Assembly: GCA_963796275.1 (NCBI GenBank)
Contig: CAWCKY010000001.1
Span: forward strand, 320,001-384,000
Direction of reading: 5' to 3'
Source: an uncultured Acidobacteriota bacterium
GTDB taxonomy: Bacteria; Acidobacteriota; Blastocatellia; RBC074
Length of the DNA stretch: 64,000 bases
Shown: piece after piece, positions 10,948 to 22,279 of the stretch
How the letters are laid out: every line of letters begins with the position of its first letter
Numbering within the stretch: the stretch's first letter is position 1
Position numbers and translations under genes: made by a program
The notes under the pieces: generated by a model
What the model was told of the DNA's origin: nothing
Database searches by the model: none
What the model saw: the letters and a program-made list of their open reading frames with translations, nothing else

Positions 10948-13179
10948 TTATTTTCGCCTCTTTCCCTTTCTCTCTTGCGTTTTCATCTCGCGCATCAACG
11001 ATTCGACGCGAGTAATTTCTTCAGCTGTCAAAGATTCCCTGCCGAACCTTATGCGCGTATAGAGGCGGGTGATCTCGGTAACACCCGGCATCGCCAGGCG
11101 AGCGGCAAATTCCTGTGGGGTCTGATACGGTTCGCGTTTAACCCCCCGGCGTTCGAGAGTTCGCAGCATCTCCTGATAGAACGCCACCGCCGAAACGGTT
11201 GCGTCTGTCCCGATCTTTCGCCGCCATGATGAGCGATGTTTATGCCAGGCGACAGCCATAGCTAACAGCGCAACCAGAGAGAGTACTAATAGAGCCAGCG
11301 GATGTACGAGGAAACGCCTGGATATATCGGATTCCGGTCCGGCCGCAGGCATTCCACCGTCGACAGTTTTGTTATCTACCCAATCGAAGTCTATCTTCCG
11401 GGCCAGGTCATAAGCCCAATCGAGCCAGCGCGACGAGGCGTTGCGCTGGTACGACCACAACCAGCGCTGCAGGGCGATGGCGATTGAGAGTTGTTTTCCG
11501 GTGTCGAAGCCGACGACGTGCTCGAGCCAGAACATTTCAAAACTCTCTCCGTAATTGCGAAACCATGCCATTACGCCATCATCGTACACGCTGCGCCCGG
11601 CCGGCGGCGTCGGGTCGAATGCGACCCAGCCATTTTTCGGAAAAAATACTTCAACCCATGAATGGGCATCGGATTGGCGTACCGTGTAAAAATCCGACGA
11701 ATCGTTATACTCGCCCATTTGAAAGCCGTTGACCAACCGCGCGGGCACGCGGCGCGAACGGAGCATCAAGACCATCGCCGAAGCAAAGTACTCACAATGG
11801 CCGGCTCGGTAATTGAACAGGAAATCAGCCACCGGATCGCCATCTTCGACACGCCGCAGGTCTAACGTATAACTGTATTCCGTGCGCAAATGCTCTTCAA
11901 TGCGGCGCGCGATTTCGAACTGAGTAGTAGCACCGCGGGTAATTTCCACGGCAAGATCGTCAATTCTTCGATCGAAATCCAGGGGTAGCTGCAGGTATCG
12001 CCGCCTGACATCGATCGGATAGACCCGCGTATTATCGGCAGCGAGGTCTTCGCTGGCAGGCGCTCTGGTGTCGGAGGCCACGTAATAGTCGATCTTGTTA
12101 AAAGGATGTGATTCGGTCCAGAGTCCATCGCCGCTATCGCGCGCGAGTTCCGGCAATCCCGTTAAATATAGCGGACGAGGCGCGACAAAAATCGTATTGA
12201 TGCTGAGCGGCTCGACATAGAAACGCTGATAGGTGTACCCGGCCGCTGCTGGTCTCTCGTCGACCCGGAAACTTTCGGCCACCTTTTTAAGCGGTTCCGG
12301 GCCAGCTCCCGATTCGCTCCACGTTCGCCCGTCATAGTAATCCAGCGTGACACCTCGCCACATGAGAGAAGTTTTTCTCTCATCCCTCGGGAATTTAACG
12401 CGAACCCTCATCACCACTTGAGGGTTGAGCTTGATCTCCCCCACCTCGCCTAAGCGAACTATGTCGGAGAATCCTGAAAGCTTCTCCGTCGCCAGCAGCC
12501 CGTTGCGCGAAAAGCCACGCGTCAACCTCGGCATGGCGAGAAAAACAGGGACCGACAGTAGCAAAATCAGAACGAGTACGCCCGCCGAAAAGTACGATAA
12601 TGTGCGCCAGCGCGGGGTGATCGGGTGCAACTGCGCTTTTTCGTCCTCACCGAAGAATTGAATTTCCGGGGATTGGGTCGACCCATTCCATGAAGCCAGA
12701 TTCGCTTCAAATACCTCCTTCGAACGGCGAATTTCATTAGTGACGAAAGTCGATATGGCTGCGAAAAGATAGAGGACCAACAGCAGGAGGAAGGTAGTAC
12801 TGATTATCATCCCGGCTGCCATCAGGACCTGGCAGAAAGATACGATATAGAGCCAGAGCCAGTCACGGTTTGTCTTTTTGCGCAACAGCTTGAGCGATGA
12901 AGCGAAGAATATGAATTGAATGATCAGAGTGACGGGAGATATACCCAAGATTTGCCACTCGATTATTGCGAAAGGCAGATAACCGGGCAACATCCAGTTG
13001 GCTATCTTCGACGAAATAGACCATTGCAATTTGTCCGTATCGATGAGCCACCCCGCGGCCAGCACCCCTAAAAACAGCAGGCTGATGAGGACGTGAATCT
13101 GTCCGGTCGCCGCGAGCATCACGAAACTCATCGTGAAGAGCGCGTAAGATGAAGCGGTAAAGTAACGATTGAAACTCAT
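10948..13179 (-). CDS. Membrane transglutaminase-domain protein (TgpA/DUF3488 + DUF4129)
   Basis: N-terminal TM region, GHCEYFASAM catalytic Cys, DAHSWVEV and FDPTP motifs. Confidence 0.93.
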   Translation of the reverse strand: MSFNRYFTASSYALFTMSFVMLAATGQIHVLISLLFLGVLAAGWLIDTDKLQWSISSKIANWMLPGYLPFAIIEWQILGISPVTLIIQFIFFASSLKLLRKKTNRDWLWLYIVSFCQVLMAAGMIISTTFLLLLVLYLFAAISTFVTNEIRRSKEVFEANLASWNGSTQSPEIQFFGEDEKAQLHPITPRWRTLSYFSAGVLVLILLLSVPVFLAMPRLTRGFSRNGLLATEKLSGFSDIVRLGEVGEIKLNPQVVMRVRVKFPRDERKTSLMWRGVTLDYYDGRTWSESGAGPEPLKKVAESFRVDERPAAAGYTYQRFYVEPLSINTIFVAPRPLYLTGLPELARDSGDGLWTESHPFNKIDYYVASDTRAPASEDLAADNTRVYPIDVRRRYLQLPLDFDRRIDDLAVEITRGATTQFEIARRIEEHLRTEYSYTLDLRRVEDGDPVADFLFNYRAGHCEYFASAMVLMLRSRRVPARLVNGFQMGEYNDSSDFYTVRQSDAHSWVEVFFPKNGWVAFDPTPPAGRSVYDDGVMAWFRNYGESFEMFWLEHVVGFDTGKQLSIAIALQRWLWSYQRNASSRWLDWAYDLARKIDFDWVDNKTVDGGMPAAGPESDISRRFLVHPLALLVLSLVALLAMAVAWHKHRSSWRRKIGTDATVSAVAFYQEMLRTLERRGVKREPYQTPQEFAARLAMPGVTEITRLYTRIRFGRESLTAEEITRVESLMREMKTQERKGKRRK

Positions 13180-14565
13180 CTACAGTTCTTCGAAGCTGAT
13201 AATATGCGCAGCCTGATGAAACTGAGCCATCTGCGTATTGGAGAGAGACGACCCGATCAGAACCCGCAACTGCTCCTCTGCCTGTGTAAACCGGAAAAGC
13301 ATATTATCCGGCATCTCTCTCAAACCGGTATCGATTAACTCGGGTGCAAGCGGCGCTAGTTGCCGCAGAAGCGTAAAACAATGGGTCCGCCCGATTCCGA
13401 ACCCCGAATCAAGATCGCCTGTCAGCAAACGCACTTCGGCGCCTTCATTAATAAAGTAATTGATCAAGCTGACGGCGAGCGTAATTCCCCGCTCGAACTT
13501 ATCGGTGAAATCCGGAAGCTCGGTGAATTCCTGGTCGACCTGGGAGTCGAAGGCGATCGTCACACGCCAATCGTCATCGCGCGTGAATTCACGCACCATC
13601 AGGCGAGCAGTCTTGGCAGTCGCCTTCCAATTGATGTGGTGATGATGATCGCTCGAAAAATATTGCCTGATGGCGTAAAGGTCGCTCCCGCTCCCTTTCA
13701 AACGGCTCTCGACGCGCCCTTGATTGACGGGTATATGCTGGAAGAAATCATCGAGCGGTTGCGGTTGCGGGTAGATCGCGATCTCCCTGGGCGCCTCGAT
13801 GAACCGGCGCTGCTCGATAAAACCGAAAGGGAACTTGGTGCCGATCAGGAATCCGCCTACCGGATAAACGCCGCGTTTAGCGAAGCCGCGTTCGATCCGC
13901 ATGCGGGCCTGCGATCCGGCTGGTACGATGGGGAAATAGGCGAGTTCCGTCAAATCACGTGCGGGACGCGAACGCTGTTCGGAAATCGCCACCGCCAGCG
14001 AGAAAGCCGGAAATAGCCGCCTGCGATTGATGACCGTCACGTCGAAGGGGACAGCGTCGTCGACGAAGTTATGGTCGGGAAATCTCAAGTACACATTGAG
14101 GCGTCCCAGGCAAAGGCGCGAGGCAAGCCAGGAGACGAACAAGGTCGCCAGCAGCACGGCAAGAACGAGGTAGAGCAGGTTATTCCCACTGCTGAAAGCC
14201 AGGATCGTCACGGTCAGGATGACTGCGCAAAAGACCAGACCGGCATTTGGTATATGTATCGAATAGTCTGAACGAAGATATTCGAGGCGTACGCCCCGGG
14301 CGAGACGCGGCACGACATAACCTACAATGATCAAGGCCAGCCCGAGCGCGGCTTTCGATCCGATCGAGGCCAGTTCGTGTTTGCCGATCTGCGTCGCCGC
14401 CGCTGATATCATGGCAGCCCCGATCGCCGCCACTGTGAGCAGAGCCGATATCAGAACAAATCGGAGCGACTTCTTTTGTTGGAGTAAGCGAAACATCTGA
14501 TTGCGGATTGCGTTTGCGGATTGCGATATATAAAAGGTATTTCCTCTTAAATCCGCCTTCCTCAA
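13180..14565 (-). CDS. DUF58 domain protein (true start possibly ATG 14496)
   Basis: SGNNLLYLV, FPFGF and IRQY...INWKATAK...VREF motifs; lies between MoxR and the transglutaminase. Confidence 0.9.
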   Translation of the reverse strand: MRKADLRGNTFYISQSANAIRNQMFRLLQQKKSLRFVLISALLTVAAIGAAMISAAATQIGKHELASIGSKAALGLALIIVGYVVPRLARGVRLEYLRSDYSIHIPNAGLVFCAVILTVTILAFSSGNNLLYLVLAVLLATLFVSWLASRLCLGRLNVYLRFPDHNFVDDAVPFDVTVINRRRLFPAFSLAVAISEQRSRPARDLTELAYFPIVPAGSQARMRIERGFAKRGVYPVGGFLIGTKFPFGFIEQRRFIEAPREIAIYPQPQPLDDFFQHIPVNQGRVESRLKGSGSDLYAIRQYFSSDHHHHINWKATAKTARLMVREFTRDDDWRVTIAFDSQVDQEFTELPDFTDKFERGITLAVSLINYFINEGAEVRLLTGDLDSGFGIGRTHCFTLLRQLAPLAPELIDTGLREMPDNMLFRFTQAEEQLRVLIGSSLSNTQMAQFHQAAHIISFEEL

Positions 14566-14572
14566 TCCGCAA

Positions 14573-15520
14573 TCAAAGAGGTACTTTCACACCTCTGATG
14601 ATCTCCGCGAGCACCGTATCGGCATCTTCGCCTCCTCGCAGACGATTGGAATAACGGGAATTGATAACAATGCGATGACCGAAAATCGGGATAATCAGGC
14701 GTTTGATGTCGTCCGCGATGCAATACGCGCGGTCTTCCGTAAAAGCCAAAGCCTGCGCCGCGCGATAGAGTGCGAGCGATGCGCGCGGACTGACGCCCAG
14801 ATCGAGCATTTCGGAATTGCGCGTCACCGTCACGATCTCCATCAGGTAATCGAGCAGGACATCATCCACCCGCACATTCTTCACCTCTTCCTGCAGATCC
14901 AATATGTCATCGCCGCTCATCAGCGGAGTGATCTGCTCCAACGGATGATGGCGCGCCTGTTGCCGCAATATCTCTTTCTCTTCTGCGGGGGACGGATACC
15001 CCATCCGGACGCGCATCAGGAACCGGTCCAGCTGCGATTCGGGCAGTGGATATGTTCCGTGATGTTCGATCGGGTTCTGCGTGGCGAGCACCAGGAACGG
15101 ACGCGGAAGCTCGTAAGTCTGGTTTTCAACCGTCACGTGGCCTTCTGCCATCGCCTCGAGCAGACTGCTCTGCGTCTTCGGCGTAGTACGGTTTATCTCA
15201 TCAGCCAGGATGACGTTTGCGAAGATCGGACCTGACTTGAATTCGAACTCCGTGCTGTGCTGGTTGAAAACCGATACGCCGACGATATCGGATGGTAAAA
15301 GATCGCTCGTGAATTGAATACGCTGAAAGCTGGAGTCGAGACAGCGCGCGATAGTATGCGCGAGAGTGGTTTTACCAACTCCCGGAACATCTTCGACCAG
15401 GAGATGCCCACCGGCCAGCAGCGTCACGATGGCCAGGTGAATGGCCTCCGTCTTACCGCGTATGACGGTTTCGATTGTCTGTTGAAGTTCGCGAAGGCGG
15501 TGAGTGGTGCTGGTTATCAA
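14573..15520 (-). CDS. moxR: MoxR-family AAA+ ATPase
   Basis: EDVPGVGKT, RIQFTSDLLPSD, LADEINR, ATQNPIE and LPESQLDRF motifs. Confidence 0.96.
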   Translation of the reverse strand: MITSTTHRLRELQQTIETVIRGKTEAIHLAIVTLLAGGHLLVEDVPGVGKTTLAHTIARCLDSSFQRIQFTSDLLPSDIVGVSVFNQHSTEFEFKSGPIFANVILADEINRTTPKTQSSLLEAMAEGHVTVENQTYELPRPFLVLATQNPIEHHGTYPLPESQLDRFLMRVRMGYPSPAEEKEILRQQARHHPLEQITPLMSGDDILDLQEEVKNVRVDDVLLDYLMEIVTVTRNSEMLDLGVSPRASLALYRAAQALAFTEDRAYCIADDIKRLIIPIFGHRIVINSRYSNRLRGGEDADTVLAEIIRGVKVPL

Positions 15521-15637
15521 GCTTCCCCTCTCTTCATCTCGAGATTCTTCGTCATTTGAAAGCTGGAGCTATCAAACAACCCCACGAATTTAGCATATGG
15601 CTGCGGTCGTGGACAAAAGGCAAGCACCGGTGAATAT

Positions 15638-17506
15638 CTACCACCCGATAGCATAGCGGCCGCGCCGCACATCGGCGCCCCCCTGAATCACTTTATTTCG
15701 GGGATCGTAAATGACGATCGTCGGTGCCGCGCTCGTACCGAAATCACCTCGGAGATCGATCTTATGGCCGCGCGATTTCAATTCCTCTATCACCGTCTGC
15801 TTTATGCGCATTTCCACCTGCAGCGCCCCTGGATTGAATTTGTGATCGTCAAAAGAACTGACGAGATGTGAGGTTTCAAAACGCGGCGCTTCGACCGCCT
15901 CCTGCGGATTCATTCCGAATTCAATGACGTTGAGCAATACCTGGAGCAGAGCCTGCTCCTGATTATCTCCTCCGGGACTCGAGAGCGCGGCGAATGGCTT
16001 CCCATCCTTCATCACCAGTGTCGGCGTGAGCGTTATGCGCGGACGCTTGCCCGGTTTGAGCTCGTTGGGATGACCGGGCGTCAATAGAAAGCTTTGCATA
16101 CGCGACGAGATCGGGATGCCGGTATCGCCGGCGATGAATGAAGGCAACCACGCTCCGCTCGGAGTAGCGGAAAAAAGGTTCCCCTGCGCATCGATGACAT
16201 TGACGCACGTCGTATCGTGGGCTCGCTCGGCCTCAGGTATCTCCGACGGTCCCGTTTCGGCCATACCGATCATCTTCGTCAATGATTTTTTATTGACCGG
16301 GTCACCGGGACGCTGCTCCAGAGAGGCAGCTTTGGGATCGATCAAACCGCGCCGCATCTCGGTATAGTCTTCTGATAACAACTCAGTCCCCGGCACTTTC
16401 ACGAAACGCGGATCGCCGTAGTACCGATCACGATCGGCAAACGCGAGCTTCATCGCTTCTGCTACCGTATGCAAATAGTCCGTCGTATTGTGTTGCATCG
16501 CTTTCAGGTCGTAACCTTCAAGCAGGTTGAGCATCTGGAGCAGCGCCGGCCCCTGGCTCCAAAAACCGACTTTATATATCTCGTAATTGCGATAGTTGAC
16601 CTTGAGCGGTTGCTCTATCTCCGCGCGAAAAGAAGCGAGGTCGCTCGCTCTCATCAATCCGCCGGCCTGTTCGATGGCAGCACAATATCTTTTTGCGATA
16701 GGCCCGCGATAGAAATAGTCGCGCACAGCCTCGAGCGATGCACGGCGCCCGCGGCTGAGATTCTTTTTTTCGACCCCGACCAGCTCGCGCAACGTTTTGG
16801 CCAGGTCTTTCTGCACGAAGATATCGCCGATCTTAGGCTCCTCGCCGTTGGGTAAAAAAACCGCGCGCGATGATGGCCATTGCTCATAGACTTTGCGCGT
16901 GTTGCGAATGTAATTCACACGCAACTCGTCAATGGGAAAAGCGTCGGCCAATTCGATGGCGGGCTGTAAAACATCGGCGAGCTTCATAGTGCCGAAATTT
17001 TCAAGTGCAACAATCATGGCATCCAGCACTCCCGGCACGGTAGCCGCAAGCGGGCCGGTCGAGGGAATCGCACCGGGCGCGTTGTTATTGCGCCCAGATC
17101 CATCTTCTCTGTTTACCAAGTTGGCCGCACGGTCTTCAAAGAACCCCCTCGTCGCCAGCGCGGGCGCCGTCCCCTGCCCGTTGATCGTGATGACAGGTTT
17201 ATTGACGGGCTTGATGATTACCGGCACCTCACCACCGAAACCGAAATGTGAGAATTCAATCACGGATCCCGCAAAGACCGCAGCCACCCCCGCATCAACC
17301 GCGTTGCCGCCGCGATGCAGCATCCGCAATCCCGCTTCGGCCACGAGGGGATGACCCCCGGCTACAACCCCTCTGGAACCGCGTACTACTGGCCTGAATG
17401 TATCAGTTCGCAAAGGAGCCTGACCGAACGCTGCGCAAACCAATGAAAATATCATAAGAAATATTACCCCCTGCGGGCTCCGGATATAACCGTATTTCTT
17501 AACCAT
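15638..17506 (-). CDS. ggt: Gamma-glutamyltransferase family protein
   Basis: Signal peptide, GGNAVDA, TVPG, AFADRDRY and the HDTT autoprocessing Thr site. Confidence 0.9.
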   Translation of the reverse strand: MVKKYGYIRSPQGVIFLMIFSLVCAAFGQAPLRTDTFRPVVRGSRGVVAGGHPLVAEAGLRMLHRGGNAVDAGVAAVFAGSVIEFSHFGFGGEVPVIIKPVNKPVITINGQGTAPALATRGFFEDRAANLVNREDGSGRNNNAPGAIPSTGPLAATVPGVLDAMIVALENFGTMKLADVLQPAIELADAFPIDELRVNYIRNTRKVYEQWPSSRAVFLPNGEEPKIGDIFVQKDLAKTLRELVGVEKKNLSRGRRASLEAVRDYFYRGPIAKRYCAAIEQAGGLMRASDLASFRAEIEQPLKVNYRNYEIYKVGFWSQGPALLQMLNLLEGYDLKAMQHNTTDYLHTVAEAMKLAFADRDRYYGDPRFVKVPGTELLSEDYTEMRRGLIDPKAASLEQRPGDPVNKKSLTKMIGMAETGPSEIPEAERAHDTTCVNVIDAQGNLFSATPSGAWLPSFIAGDTGIPISSRMQSFLLTPGHPNELKPGKRPRITLTPTLVMKDGKPFAALSSPGGDNQEQALLQVLLNVIEFGMNPQEAVEAPRFETSHLVSSFDDHKFNPGALQVEMRIKQTVIEELKSRGHKIDLRGDFGTSAAPTIVIYDPRNKVIQGGADVRRGRYAIGW

Positions 17507-17789
17507 ATTGTTTCCTCGTGTCCCTATGCTTTAGTTTCTGTGGCTGGCCTTTTTCTCATTAGCGCCTTGCCCAGTACACATTCCGGTAAAGGCCTCAATA
17601 TTAATTTAATTGCGTTTTTGAAATTTCGCTCCTTTACCTTCTATCAAATCTGTGGGTACGCGGCAATCTCAAATCACAAAAGTCAAATCTTAGATTTGAA
17701 ATTTGTCCGAACTTACAAATTTGTGATAAATTTTATGGGAATGATTTCTAAGTCCAAAATGAAATTTTGCAGGAGGTAGAGAAGAGGCT

Positions 17790-18077
17790 ATGCCTATTTA
17801 CGAGTATGTTTGTGAGAAGTGCAGTCACCATCTGGAAATTCTGCAGAAGATGAGCGACAAGCCTTTGACCAAATGCCCGGAGTGCAAGGGCAGACTCGAA
17901 AAGATATTTTCGCAGACCAGTTTTCAGCTCAAAGGTTCCGGCTGGTATGCAACCGACTATACGAGCAAGTCTAAAACCGAAAAAGGGGACAAAGTCGAAA
18001 AAGGGGAAAAGAAAGAAACCTCAACGACATGCGCTACGACCGGTGGCGCCTGCGCTACCGGCAATTGCGATAATTAG
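17790..18077 (+). CDS. FmdB-family zinc-ribbon protein
   Basis: MPIYEYVCEKC...CPEC...FQLKGSGWYATDY; AGGAGG upstream. Confidence 0.92.
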   Translation: MPIYEYVCEKCSHHLEILQKMSDKPLTKCPECKGRLEKIFSQTSFQLKGSGWYATDYTSKSKTEKGDKVEKGEKKETSTTCATTGGACATGNCDN

Positions 18078-18095
18078 ATTACTGGGAGCTGAACA

Positions 18096-19076
18096 ATGAA
18101 GCGGTCAAGTGATTCATCAGCGAACGGCGCAACCATGATGAGAACTATGGCATTCGCGCTTCTTCTCTGCGTCGTTACTGCAATTACGCTCGCTCAATCC
18201 GGACGCAAGTCGACTACGGGCCGGCGCACACTTGCTGTCCCGGTCATCGCACAACGCGTCGATGATCCGAACAAGCCGAAGCCGCTTCTTTCGCGCGCTA
18301 AACAGGGCGAAGAAGAAGAAAATGCCATTCCGAAGAGCGCGCTCGAGCTATTCGACGGCGGCGTTCTGCAAAAGATCGAAGCATTCGTGCAAGACCCTAC
18401 GCCCGCGCGCATCGTCGTCCTCTTAGACAATTCATCTACGCTACTGACCGAAGTTAAAAAACTGGCATCGGTGCCTGCCGCGTTTGCGCCGGAGATTTAC
18501 GAAGGCGACAAGGTGATGGTCATTGGATACGATCTGAAACCCGAAATCATCACCGATTTCACCGATGACCCCAAACTTTTACAGAACACGCTCGGCTTGC
18601 TTCGCAAAACCGATACGCCGCGGCTTTTCGACGCCTTAAACGTCGTCGTCGAGGATGTAATGAGACCCGAAGTGGGTTTTTCGAAGCGGGTGATCGTGAT
18701 AGCTGGGGACGGGGTCGACCGCGACAGCAAGATTAAATTCGACGAAATTCTCGCCAAGCTTCAGAACGAAAACATTACCGTATATGCCATCAAAGTGCGT
18801 GATCGCACGCGCGGCGCATTGCGCAGAGACTCGCCAAAACCTGCCGATGTCCTGGAAAAGTTGACCACCGGGACCGGCGGCAACATCTATTCTATCGATG
18901 GGGAAATCAAACAGTCTGTCAAAGAGATATGCGACGAACTACGCAAGGATCGCTATCAGCTTACCTACTTTCCAGAGGGCATAAATCCCGTCAATAAACG
19001 TCTTCTGCTGATCTCTTCCTCGTATCCGACTATCACTTTGCGCTATAAAGGCTGGCATCCCCCACAGCAGCAATAA
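18096..19076 (+). CDS. Exported VWA-domain protein (acidobacterial type)
   Basis: Signal peptide ending AQSGRK; VVLLDNSS, TPRLFDAL and KRVIVIAGDGVD. Confidence 0.8.
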   Translation: MKRSSDSSANGATMMRTMAFALLLCVVTAITLAQSGRKSTTGRRTLAVPVIAQRVDDPNKPKPLLSRAKQGEEEENAIPKSALELFDGGVLQKIEAFVQDPTPARIVVLLDNSSTLLTEVKKLASVPAAFAPEIYEGDKVMVIGYDLKPEIITDFTDDPKLLQNTLGLLRKTDTPRLFDALNVVVEDVMRPEVGFSKRVIVIAGDGVDRDSKIKFDEILAKLQNENITVYAIKVRDRTRGALRRDSPKPADVLEKLTTGTGGNIYSIDGEIKQSVKEICDELRKDRYQLTYFPEGINPVNKRLLLISSSYPTITLRYKGWHPPQQQ

Positions 19077-19256
19077 CCGCACAATTCGAACCAACCGAAG
19101 CAACTGAAACAAAAAATGTTCCCGTTATTTGATTCGTACTTATCCAGTTCGTCTCGCGTGCCGATTTTCTGCCTCACTATTCCTGATTATTCAATCAACA
19201 TAAGTGCGCGACGGCGTCTATCGGAAATCGTGAGAATGTTATCATCGGCGTAATAA

Positions 19257-19287
19257 GCATCGGGGCCCTCTGGAGCGGCTCCGATGC
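19257..19287. terminator. Hairpin between convergent genes, likely terminator
   Basis: GCATCGGGGCC-N9-GGCTCCGATGC inverted repeat just downstream of purS. Confidence 0.5.
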
Positions 19288-19306
19288 GATTGATAACAAT
19301 AATATT

Positions 19307-19564
19307 TTAATTCTCGCGCGATTCAATTAATTCAACTCGAAAATCCTCGATCACCGGGTTCGAGAGCACCTCATGGGCGAATTTTTCGATCTGTGCGCGG
19401 GCATGCGCCGCATCCAGAGAGCTATCGAGCTTGATCTCAAAATATTTACCTTGCCGGACGTCGGCTATGCCCTGATAACCTATGGTGGTGGCTGCATGAT
19501 GAATCGCTTTGCCCTGCGGATCGAGAACTCCGTTTTTCAGTGTCACATAAACTTTAGCTATCAT
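19307..19564 (-). CDS. purS: Phosphoribosylformylglycinamidine synthase subunit PurS
   Basis: VTLKNGVLDPQGKAI...VRQGKYFEI...LSNPVIEDF. Confidence 0.97.
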   Translation of the reverse strand: MIAKVYVTLKNGVLDPQGKAIHHAATTIGYQGIADVRQGKYFEIKLDSSLDAAHARAQIEKFAHEVLSNPVIEDFRVELIESREN

Positions 19565-19566
19565 CG

Positions 19567-20865
19567 TTATCTCTTCTTACCTCCAAAGACGCGCTCAAAA
19601 ATTCGATCGACATTCTTCAATCTTATTTCAAATCCCCTGGCAATTTGTTCCGGATTGAGCGTCCGTGAAATATCGGGGTCAGCGCTGACCAGCTCTTTAA
19701 AATCCAGCCCCTCGTCCCACGCCCTGATCGCGTTACGTTGCACCCAGCCGTATGCCTCTTCCCGCGCGACACCGGCTGCTGAGAGCTCGAGCAAAAGCTG
19801 CCCCGAAAAGACCAGCCCGCGCGTAGCGTTAAGGTTCTCCAGCATCCGCCAGGCATCGATGACGAGCGTATCGATTAGCGAAGCGGTCTTCGCCAGCATG
19901 TAATCGACGGCAATACAGGCGTCCGGCAGAATCACACGCTCCGCCGATGAGTGCGAGATATCCCGCTCGTGCCAGAGGGCATTATTTTCGAGCGCCGTCA
20001 CGGCATATCCGCGGACGATGCGCGCCATCCCGCAGATGCGCTCGGAGAGTATCGGATTGCGTTTGTGCGGCATCGCCGATGAGCCCTTCTGGCCAGGCTT
20101 GAAGTACTCCTGCGCTTCGCGAACTTCAGTACGCTGCCAGTGACGCACCTGGAGGGCGAATTTTTCCAGGGTCGAGGCGATGATCGCCAGCGTGCAGACA
20201 AATTCGGAGTAGCGATCGCGCTGGATGATCTGCGTCGAAATGCTGGCCGGACGTAAACCCAACAGGAAGCAAACGCGCTCCTCGATCTCGGGATCGAGAT
20301 TCGCGAAGGTGCCGACGGCGCCGGAAATTTTGCCATAGCTGATCCCGGCCCGCGCGCGCGTCATCCGGTCGATATTCCGGCGGTTCTCTTCGAACCAGAG
20401 GGCGAAGGTCAGTCCTAAAGTAGTGGGCTCCGCATGGACCCCGTGCGTGCGACCGATCATCGGCGTGTCTTTAAATGCGAGGGCGCGGCGTTTGAGCACA
20501 TCGCTCAAAGCCTGGAGCCTGGAAATAAGCAGATCTCCAGATTCGCGCATCAGGAGGGCATTAGCGGTGTCGACGACGTCTGATGAGGTCAGCCCATAAT
20601 GCACCCAGCGCGCGTCCGGTCCGATATTTTCGGCGAGGTTGGTGGTAAAAGCTATTACATCATGATCGAGAGTCTTTTCGAGCTCGTGGATGCGTGCGAC
20701 TGAAAAGGCGGCCTTCTGGCGAATAATCTCGACGGACTGCATCGGTATCGCCCCCGCCTCCGCATTGGCCTGGCAGGCGGCGATTTCTACATCGAGCCAT
20801 TTGCGGAACTTGTTCTCTTCCGTCCAGATCGCGCCCATCTCGGGCAAGGTATATCGATTTATCAT
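19567..20865 (-). CDS. purB: Adenylosuccinate lyase
   Basis: GRTHGVHAEPTT, GSSAMPHKRNP and WHERDISHSSAER motifs. Confidence 0.98.
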   Translation of the reverse strand: MINRYTLPEMGAIWTEENKFRKWLDVEIAACQANAEAGAIPMQSVEIIRQKAAFSVARIHELEKTLDHDVIAFTTNLAENIGPDARWVHYGLTSSDVVDTANALLMRESGDLLISRLQALSDVLKRRALAFKDTPMIGRTHGVHAEPTTLGLTFALWFEENRRNIDRMTRARAGISYGKISGAVGTFANLDPEIEERVCFLLGLRPASISTQIIQRDRYSEFVCTLAIIASTLEKFALQVRHWQRTEVREAQEYFKPGQKGSSAMPHKRNPILSERICGMARIVRGYAVTALENNALWHERDISHSSAERVILPDACIAVDYMLAKTASLIDTLVIDAWRMLENLNATRGLVFSGQLLLELSAAGVAREEAYGWVQRNAIRAWDEGLDFKELVSADPDISRTLNPEQIARGFEIRLKNVDRIFERVFGGKKR

Positions 20866-21080
20866 TTTTTAGCATAGAACGAAAAACAGATCACGCTCAA
20901 TGCAGCGGCGGCAATCGGGATCAACCATGGGACCGTATCCGTTTCTGAGATGTCCGAAAATAAAAGCACCGCCGTCCACGACGCTGCGGCGACTGCCAGC
21001 CCGATGGCGGCGCGTTTATATATGCGAGTCGGATTCTCTCGATCTTCACTCATCGGAAAAATTCGGTACTGCTGGGTCAA
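20862..21080 (-). CDS. Small hypothetical membrane protein (2 TM)
   Basis: 72 aa with two hydrophobic helices; overlaps both neighbours by 4 nt, suggesting translational coupling. Confidence 0.6.
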   Translation of the reverse strand: MTQQYRIFPMSEDRENPTRIYKRAAIGLAVAAASWTAVLLFSDISETDTVPWLIPIAAAALSVICFSFYAKK

Positions 21081-22279
21081 TCTCTTCCCTCGTTGCCAAC
21101 ATAATAAGTGGTGCGCGAGTGTACGCTCAAACCCTGGCGCGCCGGGATGACTTGAATCGTCCGGGTGTCATCTAAGGCCGATGATTTAGGGTCGATCAAG
21201 AACGACATGCTGTACTGCGCCCCGATCTCGCTCACGAGCATTTTCGGAGAAGACGTCAGTTCGTGATGGTTCGGAGGAAGCCACAATTCTCCACCGCTCG
21301 ACTGCGCGAGTTCCCGCAACTCGACCGATGCATTCGCTAGCAATTGCAGGTAAATCGAAAGCTCAGCGAGCCTCTTGCGCTGGGTGCCGACGATCTGGAT
21401 CCCCGGTTTAGCCTCACCCCTATATTTTGCGAGCTGTTGAGAGACCTGATCCTGCAGAGCCCGCGCCCAGCCGATAACAAAAACAGTCGCCTGCACCTTT
21501 TTAACAGCTGTCAAGGCTTCCGCGAGCGACGTTTCGCTCGCACTGTCTATTCCGTCGCTCACGAGCACTATGATCCGCCGGCCGGTGGATCGTTCGCGCA
21601 GTTTTTCGGCGGCCAGCAAAAGGGCATCGTGATAGTGCGAGCTCAATCCGATGCGATATTTCGAGCGGAGCGCGCCAAGCGCCTGTTCGCGGTTGTTGGT
21701 CCAGTTCTGAATCAACTGGACCCGATCGGAATATTGAATGATCGAGATGTGATCCTGAGCAGAAAGGCGCGAGACGAAGTTGTCGGCGAATTCGCGGGGC
21801 GCCGGCCGCGCAACAATATCGTGCGTGCCGACCCATACCGGCTTCTCTCTGTCCGGCTTATTTTCTCCCTCGGGCGGGCCGAAGTAATGGGAAGGTCCAT
21901 TTTTGAATGTACCGAATTCATTGCAGAGATCTAGAACGAGCACGATGCTCGCCGGCTCGCGCTTGATACTGGTAACAACCCGCGGTTCGTTCTCTTCCAG
22001 CACAAGCACGTCTCGCGGCTGTAGATCATCGACGAATTTTCCCTCGGCGTCGTATGCGCTCAGTGGGATCACGACTTCGCGTGTATCGAGCCTGATGACC
22101 GGTTTCTCGTCCGGCCTTTGCCCCGGTTGCCCCTTCTGCTCCGATTGCTTATCCGGCGAACCCTGACCTTGAGATTTACGGCCGGACTGAGCGAACGCAA
22201 CCAGGCTCAGCGAGATCGTGATCGCTATGACAAAAAACAATATCGGCTTTTTGTAATTTCCTTTCATAACTCGATCCAT
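21077..22279 (-). CDS. Exported VWA-domain protein (acidobacterial type)
   Basis: Signal peptide ending AQSGRK; [15 protein letters not shown] and [10 protein letters not shown]. Confidence 0.8.
   Translation of the reverse strand: MDRVMKGNYKKPILFFVIAITISLSLVAFAQSGRKSQGQGSPDKQSEQKGQPGQRPDEKPVIRLDTREVVIPLSAYDAEGKFVDDLQPRDVLVLEENEPRVVTSIKREPASIVLVLDLCNEFGTFKNGPSHYFGPPEGENKPDREKPVWVGTHDIVARPAPREFADNFVSRLSAQDHISIIQYSDRVQLIQNWTNNREQALGALRSKYRIGLSSHYHDALLLAAEKLRERSTGRRIIVLVSDGIDSASETSLAEALTAVKKVQATVFVIGWARALQDQVSQQLAKYRGEAKPGIQIVGTQRKRLAELSIYLQLLANASVELRELAQSSGGELWLPPNHHELTSSPKMLVSEIGAQYSMSFLIDPKSSALDDTRTIQVIPARQGLSVHSRTTYYVGNEGRD

Noticed and set aside
10948-15520. MoxR-DUF58-transglutaminase operon as a novel system
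   Set aside because: Widespread, already described gene triad.
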